NCBI GenBank assembly: GCA_039815185.1
Contig: JBCBZT010000025.1
Coordinates: 45,416-109,415, forward strand
Direction of reading: 5' to 3'
Source of the DNA: Cyanobacteria bacterium P01_A01_bin.123
GTDB taxonomy: Bacteria; Cyanobacteriota; Cyanobacteriia; Phormidesmidales; Phormidesmidaceae
Length of the DNA: 64,000 bases
Shown here: one piece after another, positions 57,808 to 64,000 of the stretch
Position numbering within the stretch: the first letter of the stretch is position 1
How the letters are laid out: each line of letters starts with the position of its first letter
Notes under the pieces: model-generated
What the model saw: only the letters and a program-made list of their open reading frames with translations
What the model was told of the DNA's origin: nothing
Database searches by the model: none
Translations under genes and position numbers: made by a program

Positions 57808-58084
57808 TCAATTGAGTTTGTATAGATAGGACTCCGCCAAGTCAAATCTTGATGAGGTAGCTGGATTATATCTATGCGACTGTATTCTCATTAATCATTC
57901 AAAACGCATTCACTTTACCCGTCAGCCCTCCCCTTAGCTGTTCGGGGTGTGTTTTGGCAGATAAGCCACGATCGTCCTATGCGCAATTCAGCATAGGGCG
58001 ACTTTCGATTTCGTTATCGATCCCCTAAGTTTTCTTACGCGTGCCCTCAAGGCAGAATTTTAGGGGAGGCGAAAATCATTTATA

Positions 58085-58115
58085 GCCGTAGCCACAAAGC
58101 TTTGTGCGCTACGGC
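58085..58115. repeat. Palindromic element GCCGTAGC-CACAAAGCTTTGTG-C-GCTACGGC
   Basis: Nested inverted repeat preceded by TATA, in the spacer between convergent genes. Confidence 0.6.
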
Positions 58116-58190
58116 GAGCCAGATTGCCTGTGTATTGAGCATCCCAGTGATACCAGGTGCATTAAGCAATCTGGCCAGCGCGATATTTTG

Positions 58191-59750
58191 CTAAGCCCGT
58201 ACGGGCTGACCTAAGGTCGTGATATATAGCACTGCTTCATCCGCCGGAATACCCAACACTTCATTCACCTGATTATCAAAGAAGCCGCCAATACCACTGA
58301 CGCCCAAACCCAGGCGAATTGCTGCTAGATTGAGTCGCTGCCCGAGGTGGCCGGCATCCATGTGCAAATAACGATAAACGCGATCGCCGTAGCGTGTCAC
58401 TGCTTTCTTCAGATCCGCCGTGTGAAACAGCACTGCCGCTGCGTCTCGGCCCAAAGGTTGCTGCAAACAGAGATAGTGGAGTTCTGACCGAAAGTTTTTA
58501 AACCGCACCTGCCTGAGTTCTTGGGCCTGGGGGGCGTAGTAGTAGCAGCCTTCATCAAGCCCGGCTACCCCAGACACGGCCAAGAAGGTTTCAATCAGAT
58601 TGACGTCAAAATAGTCGGGATCAGTGTCAATCCCCTGATCGCGGTAGCCTTCTGGGTGGTAAGTAAAGTTCAGCAGTTGTTTGAGTTGATTGAGACTAAT
58701 GTCAGCACCGCTGTAATGACGGGTAGAGCGGCGGCGCAAGAGGGTGTGTTCTAGGGCTTCTAAAGCGTTACCCCAATCGATTGGGGTAGTTTTTGTATCA
58801 ATCTTGAGGCAAAACGGAAAATTGTATTGGTCTTCTGATTTAGCCTTGGACTCGGAGGCTGGTGTCGATTTTAATCGAGCTTGTAGGGCGGAGTAGTCTA
58901 CGTCGGCATCAATGCAGGTCGCTTGGTGCAGGTAGGTGAGCAGTTCGCCATCGGCGATCGCAGGATAGTCCAACTGGGTTGAACTGGGGAGGGCGGTGCA
59001 ACCGTGGGGCAGATTTTGTTCGACTTTGAGCAAATCGGCTAGGGCGATGACGGCGAGTGCCCCTTCTTGTTCTTCATCCAGATATAAAATCTGATTCACA
59101 GCACTATCGACAAAACCACCAATGACATGGGGGCGATAGTCGCTCAGTGAGCCAGCCAACTCTAAATTGCCCAACAGGTGTCCTGCATCTAAAAACACAC
59201 GGCGGTAGGCTCGGTCTTCGTAGCGCCAAGCTGACCGTTGAAACACTGCCGTCATTACCAGCGCCAGATGCGTTTTTTCAAAGGCTGGATGCCAAAAGCA
59301 AGCCGCTTGCAACGACTGCCACACATGGTCATCCCAAAATCGCCACAGGCTGTGGGTGCGCACCTGATAGTTGTATAACCCCGCAGGCAATAGGGAAGTG
59401 CCCCGAGAAATCAGATACAGTTCAGCGGGATATAAGCCACCCGCTGAGGGGGCTGCCCGCAAGTAGAAGGGTTTGCCTGATGCGGTTGCCAGTTTTGCGG
59501 TGAGGCCATAGCTGTCCACCAGCAGTTTAGACAATCGTTGCCACCACACCTGTTGGGCCTGGGGTTCATCGGTTTCTGGGGCTGCGGGCAAGTAGGGCTG
59601 TAAGTCGACGGTTGTCCCGAGTTGATAGCGTTTGTAGGGATCAGGTTGCTGGGAGAAATCCAGTCTACGACCTTGACTTGCCAGTCGTTCCGGCATGTAT
59701 TTCGTACGTTCGTGGTAATGCTGGGCGATGGAAACGTGCAGTTCAGGCAT
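58191..59750 (-). CDS. SagB/ThcOx family (double nitroreductase-domain) dehydrogenase
   Basis: YHERTKY, RAAPSAGGLYPAE, WRYEDRAYR...DAGH, RRRSTRHY, RYGDRVYR..MDAGHLGQ. Confidence 0.9.
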   Translation of the reverse strand: MPELHVSIAQHYHERTKYMPERLASQGRRLDFSQQPDPYKRYQLGTTVDLQPYLPAAPETDEPQAQQVWWQRLSKLLVDSYGLTAKLATASGKPFYLRAAPSAGGLYPAELYLISRGTSLLPAGLYNYQVRTHSLWRFWDDHVWQSLQAACFWHPAFEKTHLALVMTAVFQRSAWRYEDRAYRRVFLDAGHLLGNLELAGSLSDYRPHVIGGFVDSAVNQILYLDEEQEGALAVIALADLLKVEQNLPHGCTALPSSTQLDYPAIADGELLTYLHQATCIDADVDYSALQARLKSTPASESKAKSEDQYNFPFCLKIDTKTTPIDWGNALEALEHTLLRRRSTRHYSGADISLNQLKQLLNFTYHPEGYRDQGIDTDPDYFDVNLIETFLAVSGVAGLDEGCYYYAPQAQELRQVRFKNFRSELHYLCLQQPLGRDAAAVLFHTADLKKAVTRYGDRVYRYLHMDAGHLGQRLNLAAIRLGLGVSGIGGFFDNQVNEVLGIPADEAVLYITTLGQPVRA

Positions 59751-60160
59751 GAAACTTTTTACGGGTCGGATCTGAGAACGGCAAGGGCTTTCCCGCAGTA
59801 GGCGGCTCTAAAGACATTTTAGTGGGGATAGAAACCATATCCGATTTGAAAAGTTGAGTTTTTAATTTTGCAGAGAAAGTTGTGGATTTGGATGGAGATG
59901 AAATTGAAGTGACCTGTAAACGTAAAAGAATACTTAAAGCTGAGTCAAAATCAGCCCTGCTCCATTAAATTAACTTTCATTAAGCATGAGTATGAATGCT
60001 TAGTCGCGCTCTGTTCATGCCTAATCAGGCGATCGCTTGTCGTTCAGCGATCGCTCGTGGGAAGAAACAGCCAAGGAGCAACGAGCTTCTCGGCTACGCG
60101 GCCACGGCATCTATAGCTCAAGACGTTGGAGGGGTGTCTAGCCCCGGCCAAGGTTTAGTA

Positions 60161-60706
60161 ATGGACATGTGTATGGAGAAACTATCAGCTTCGACGTTGC
60201 TGGCAGCATACCAATCAGGTCGGTTAGATTTCGCCAGTGTGACGCTCAACGGAGTCGATTTGTTTGAACAAGACCTGCGGGGGATTGTGCTGTCCCAAGC
60301 GGTGATTCAACGGGCCTATTTGCCCTATGTCAATCTCAGCAACGCTACCCTCGATCAAACCCAGTTCCAAGGGAGTGAGTTGAGTGACGCCAAGCTCTAT
60401 AACGTCGATGCACGCAAGAGCAACTTCCAAGGGGCGATGATGGCGCGAGCCAATCTGCGTAAAGGCAATTTTCAAGGGGCTATTCTGGCGGGGGCCAACC
60501 TCTATGGTGCAGATCTGCGATCTGCCGATCTCCGGCATGCCGATTTGCGGGGGGCGGATCTCACCCGTGCTGATTTGACAGGAGCCCTGCTGGCCCAGGC
60601 AGATTTGGCCGGATGCAACTTGTTTCGGGCCCAACAGGTAGATGTTAGCGAGGCTCTCTGCGATCGCACGACGGTTTTTCCCGACGGTCATCGCAACTAT
60701 CCCTAG
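60161..60706 (+). CDS. Pentapeptide repeat protein
   Basis: LLAAYQSG..DF N-cap; A(D/N)LxG repeats. Start is one of the ATGs at 60161, 60167 or 60173. Confidence 0.9.
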   Translation: MDMCMEKLSASTLLAAYQSGRLDFASVTLNGVDLFEQDLRGIVLSQAVIQRAYLPYVNLSNATLDQTQFQGSELSDAKLYNVDARKSNFQGAMMARANLRKGNFQGAILAGANLYGADLRSADLRHADLRGADLTRADLTGALLAQADLAGCNLFRAQQVDVSEALCDRTTVFPDGHRNYP

Positions 60707-60754
60707 CGGTTCAGCTATGCTAAGCGTAGTTGAACCCCTTAACCGCCGCGATTC

Positions 60755-63700
60755 ATGACCGAGCGCTCCCGAAAAGATTGTTCTCCTATTTCTCAGGCGA
60801 ATCGGCTAATGCCTGCTGATTTTGGTTTGGGCCTGTGGTTGTGGTTCAAGTCTGGGTGGATTGGGCGGCAGCAGGGGGAGCAGCGGAGGCAGGAGGAGCG
60901 GAAGAGGCAGAGGGAGCGGAGGAGGCAGGGGAGGCTGTTGTTGGCTGCGACCTGTTTGCTTTCAGGCAGTGTTGCGATCGCGCCAGTTCAAGCCGTTCAA
61001 GCAAACCCCTCAATTTTACTGGCTCAGGCTGTCAGCCCATCTGCAGACCTGGAAGCTCGACAAAGGGAAGCTGATTTAGCACTGAGTCGAGCGACGACGC
61101 TGTTTGTGGTGTTATTGGGCACGTTGATTTTGTTGATTGGGGTCGGCGTCGTTATGCTGTGGCTGCTGCGTCGCTCGGTGGTCAAAGAAGTGGCTGAGGT
61201 GGTGCGGGGTCAGCTCAATGAGATGACTGATCTAGAAGGCAAGATTCGCACTGCGACGAAAGATTTAGACGTGATTTTGCGGGATGCTGATGCGGCAGCT
61301 GACGATCTTGACCATCGAGCTGGAGACTTTGCCGATCAGGTGGCAAATCAGCGCCAAAGCCTGTCAAAACTGGTGGAAGAACTGACTCAGTTTAAGACCC
61401 GGACCCTAGCTTCCTGGGAGGAGCAGGTGACCACGGTGCGTCAGACCTTAGCGACGGCTGAGTCTGATTTTGCCAGCCACGTCAACCAGCTCCAGGAAAC
61501 GGCCCAAGCTAAACTGACCCAGTTTGAACAAGACACGGCTAGTCAACGCGATCGCACCTTAGAAACGCTCCAGGCATCAGAGACCACCGTCACTGAACGC
61601 CTCGCCCAGGTTGAAACGGCCAGTGAACAGGCTCAAGCTCGTTTAGACGAGCAGGTGACTCAATCGGCCTCGACGTTTAGCCAGCAGTTAGAAAACCTCA
61701 GTACTACCGCGAGCCAGCAGTTGGAAACGCTCAGTGCCAGTGCCACAGAACAGCGCGATCGCACCTTAGAAGACCTGACCCAGCTCAAGACAGACTTTCC
61801 CGATCGCCTGGCGGCTTTGCAAAACGAGGTTCAGGGGGAAATTCAAACCCAAGGCGATCGCGCTCTGGAAGCGCTGCAGCGGCAGCAGCAGGATGTCAGT
61901 AGCCAACTCGACGAAATTCAGGCCAGCACCTATGGGCATAAAGAACTGGCGCTGAAAAATATTGAGCAGGCCAACCGCGAATTTCAGCAGCAGTTTGAAA
62001 TGCTGAAACAGACCATCGAAGCAGAAAAAGTTCGGGTCTTAGCAGATCTCAAAGGCTCTACCGATGATTTCTTTGCGCAGTTTGGTGGCTTCAAGGCAGA
62101 CATCGAAGGGCGCAAGACCAATATTTTGATTGACCTGGATCGCTCGGCTGAAGAGTTCCTCAGCCAGTTTAGTGGCCTTCAAGCCGAAGTCGAGGAGCAA
62201 AAGCAAGACTTGCTGGATTCTCTGCGTCAGCAGGGCCAGTCGTTCCTGAATCAGTTTGAAGCCTTACAAACTGACGTTGTGGCAGAAAAGCAGCGTACCT
62301 TAACCGCCTTACAAGGAACCGCCAGCGACTTTTCTGCTCAGCTAAACGACCTGCGCGCCGAACTGGCGGATCAAAAATCGACGTTGTTTGACGGTCTGAC
62401 CCAGACCGCCACGGCCTTTACTGACCAAGTGAACCAGCTCCGTACGGGCCTAGACGGTCAAGAAGGCAGCGCTGCTGCTACGCTGCAGCGCCTGGAAGCT
62501 GAATTTACCGATCAGCTTGCGGCAGTGCGGGATGTGGTGTTTAGTCGCCGCGATCGTGTCTTAGACAAACTCGACGAATTTGGTAATCGATTGGGTGAGC
62601 AGCTCTCTGTGCTTGAGACCGAAGCCGCTGAACGGCAGCAGGGAGCCCGTCAACGTCTGGAACAACTCGAAGGCGATTTTGCCAATCAGCTAATCGATCT
62701 GCAATCGACCTTAGCAGGGCAAAAAGACTCTACCCTGGGGGATTTGGATCGGTTACGGCTTGACTTTAGCGATCGCATCAATGCCCTCCAAGCCGAAGCT
62801 CAGCGCCAAAAAGATGAGATTATGAGCACGTTGGGCGAAGTCACGCCCCAATTTGTGGCCGACTCCTTTGTGGCCGATGCCCAACAGCAGCTCAAGCAAT
62901 TTTCAGATCAACTCGGCAAACTTGAATCGAACCGCCCCGAACTGTTCCTCACCGCTGAAGATTACATCACCCGGGGCGATCAGTTGCTCGAACAAGGTGA
63001 CTACGCAGCGGCCCTAAAAGAATATGATAGTGCCCTGGAAATTCGCCCCAGCAATGTCGGAGTGTGGCTAAACCGCAGTCGAGTGCTGAGCGAACTGGGC
63101 CGGACTGAAGACGCCCTAGCCAGCTTGGACAAAGTGGTTGAACTCACCCCCGCTGACACCGATGCCTGGTATCAGCGGGGGATGACGCTGCGAGAACTGC
63201 GTCGCTATGAAGAAGCAGTAGCGGCCTTTGACCAGGTGTTGAGTCGTAAACCGGAAACTGACCCAGAAAATGCTAAGGTTTGGCTGAGTAAAGGACTGGC
63301 ACTGAGTCGGTTGCGGCAGCGTGAGGAAGCGATCGCAGCCTTTGATCAAGCCTTAGAAATCAACCCTGAATACCATGAGGCTTGGGTTAACCGAGGGGTG
63401 GCCTACGGTATTTTGCAACAGCACCAGGCGGCCTTTGAGTCATTTGACAAAGCGGTTGAGTTTCAAGCTAATGATGCGGTGGCCTGGTTGAATCGCGGCC
63501 TAGCGCTGATTGAATTGGAACGGTTTGAAGATGCTTTGGCTTCTTTTGATAAAGCTACCCGATTTAACCCCAGTGCGCCGAAAGGCTGGGATAATCGGGG
63601 CTATGTATTGATGAAATTGGGTCGTGATAATGAGGCGATTCGCAGCTTTGATAAAGCGATTGAGGCTGACCCAGATTATGCCAAGGCGTATTACAATCGG

Positions 63701-63859
63701 GCCACTTGTTATGCGTTGCAGCGAGAGAGTGATGTGGCGTTAGAGAGTTTACAGCAGGCGATTCGGTTGGAGCCAGGGTATCGGGAAGAAGCGAAGACTG
63801 AAGGTGCGTTTGATTCGCTACTGGATGATGATTGGTTTAAAGATCTAGTTGGGGCTTAA
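60755..63859 (+). CDS. Membrane-anchored long coiled-coil protein with C-terminal TPR array
   Basis: Signal-like segment, TM helix (LFVVLLGTLILLIGVGVVMLWLL), long helical repeat region, about 7-8 TPRs (AW.NRG..L..L.R.EEA...FD.A). Start uncertain. Confidence 0.9.
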   Translation: MTERSRKDCSPISQANRLMPADFGLGLWLWFKSGWIGRQQGEQRRQEERKRQRERRRQGRLLLAATCLLSGSVAIAPVQAVQANPSILLAQAVSPSADLEARQREADLALSRATTLFVVLLGTLILLIGVGVVMLWLLRRSVVKEVAEVVRGQLNEMTDLEGKIRTATKDLDVILRDADAAADDLDHRAGDFADQVANQRQSLSKLVEELTQFKTRTLASWEEQVTTVRQTLATAESDFASHVNQLQETAQAKLTQFEQDTASQRDRTLETLQASETTVTERLAQVETASEQAQARLDEQVTQSASTFSQQLENLSTTASQQLETLSASATEQRDRTLEDLTQLKTDFPDRLAALQNEVQGEIQTQGDRALEALQRQQQDVSSQLDEIQASTYGHKELALKNIEQANREFQQQFEMLKQTIEAEKVRVLADLKGSTDDFFAQFGGFKADIEGRKTNILIDLDRSAEEFLSQFSGLQAEVEEQKQDLLDSLRQQGQSFLNQFEALQTDVVAEKQRTLTALQGTASDFSAQLNDLRAELADQKSTLFDGLTQTATAFTDQVNQLRTGLDGQEGSAAATLQRLEAEFTDQLAAVRDVVFSRRDRVLDKLDEFGNRLGEQLSVLETEAAERQQGARQRLEQLEGDFANQLIDLQSTLAGQKDSTLGDLDRLRLDFSDRINALQAEAQRQKDEIMSTLGEVTPQFVADSFVADAQQQLKQFSDQLGKLESNRPELFLTAEDYITRGDQLLEQGDYAAALKEYDSALEIRPSNVGVWLNRSRVLSELGRTEDALASLDKVVELTPADTDAWYQRGMTLRELRRYEEAVAAFDQVLSRKPETDPENAKVWLSKGLALSRLRQREEAIAAFDQALEINPEYHEAWVNRGVAYGILQQHQAAFESFDKAVEFQANDAVAWLNRGLALIELERFEDALASFDKATRFNPSAPKGWDNRGYVLMKLGRDNEAIRSFDKAIEADPDYAKAYYNRATCYALQRESDVALESLQQAIRLEPGYREEAKTEGAFDSLLDDDWFKDLVGA

Positions 63860-64000
63860 TTTTTGGCTCAATCTGGGTTTTGAGGAGCTAAGCCAGTACG
63901 GTTTCTAACAGATTACCAAGCAAGGCTTTGCCCCGGCTTCGTACATTATGTACAAACTCAAAGAAGCCGAGATAAAGCGGTAGATGCTCTTGGGAAATCC

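Larger units (their letters stand above)
1..64000. repeat. HIP1 highly iterated palindrome GCGATCGC, dispersed
   Basis: Dozens of GCGATCGC copies are visible across the window (e.g. 1434-1441, 2173-2180), in genes and spacers. This is a hallmark of many cyanobacterial genomes. Confidence 0.95.

Noticed and set aside
58191..59750. RiPP (TOMM/cyanobactin) cluster around the SagB-like gene or the S8 protease
   Set aside because: No YcaO cyclodehydratase or precursor peptide is nearby; the genes are stand-alone.
63925..63980. GTACATTATGTAC as a LexA box inside an imperfect hairpin
   Set aside because: The spacer is one base longer than the cyanobacterial RGTAC-N3-DGTWC consensus, and the downstream context lies outside the window.
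1..64000. Numerous short antisense or alternate-frame ORFs in the track; rRNA, tRNA, IS elements
   Set aside because: The shadow ORFs overlap well-supported genes and lack motifs. No rRNA, tRNA cloverleaf or transposase was recognised by eye.

Overview
This is a cyanobacterial chromosomal segment: the HIP1 octamer GCGATCGC recurs throughout and the gene content looks like a filamentous Leptolyngbya-type organism (inference). Core genes (proB, yqeG, mltG, tpiA, aspS, bolA-grxD, pip) are interleaved with accessory modules. The window opens with a green/red cyanobacteriochrome phosphorelay arranged like rcaE-rcaF-rcaC. The best candidate for an undescribed system is a co-oriented cluster at 4630-11274. 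There, three unrelated enzymes each carry a fused Rieske [2Fe-2S] domain: an FMN glutamate-synthase domain protein, a TPP pyruvate-oxidase-like protein and an MsrQ/ferric-reductase-like heme-b membrane protein. They sit with two small membrane proteins and a membrane-anchored Cys/His-motif protein. Other notable items are: a cysteine hydrolase lacking its catalytic Asp and translationally coupled to a PAS histidine kinase; a TetR-linked extra FabF near an atypical P450; an RHH regulator divergent from map across a 37-bp palindrome; a cold-shock-domain gene, which is atypical for cyanobacteria; a candidate sRNA between yqeG and proB; a two-partner secretion pair; two pseudogene/deletion scars; and a TPR protein with a 29-residue helical repeat. 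No rRNA, tRNA, CRISPR array or transposase was recognised. All family assignments come from motifs read by eye, not from database searches.
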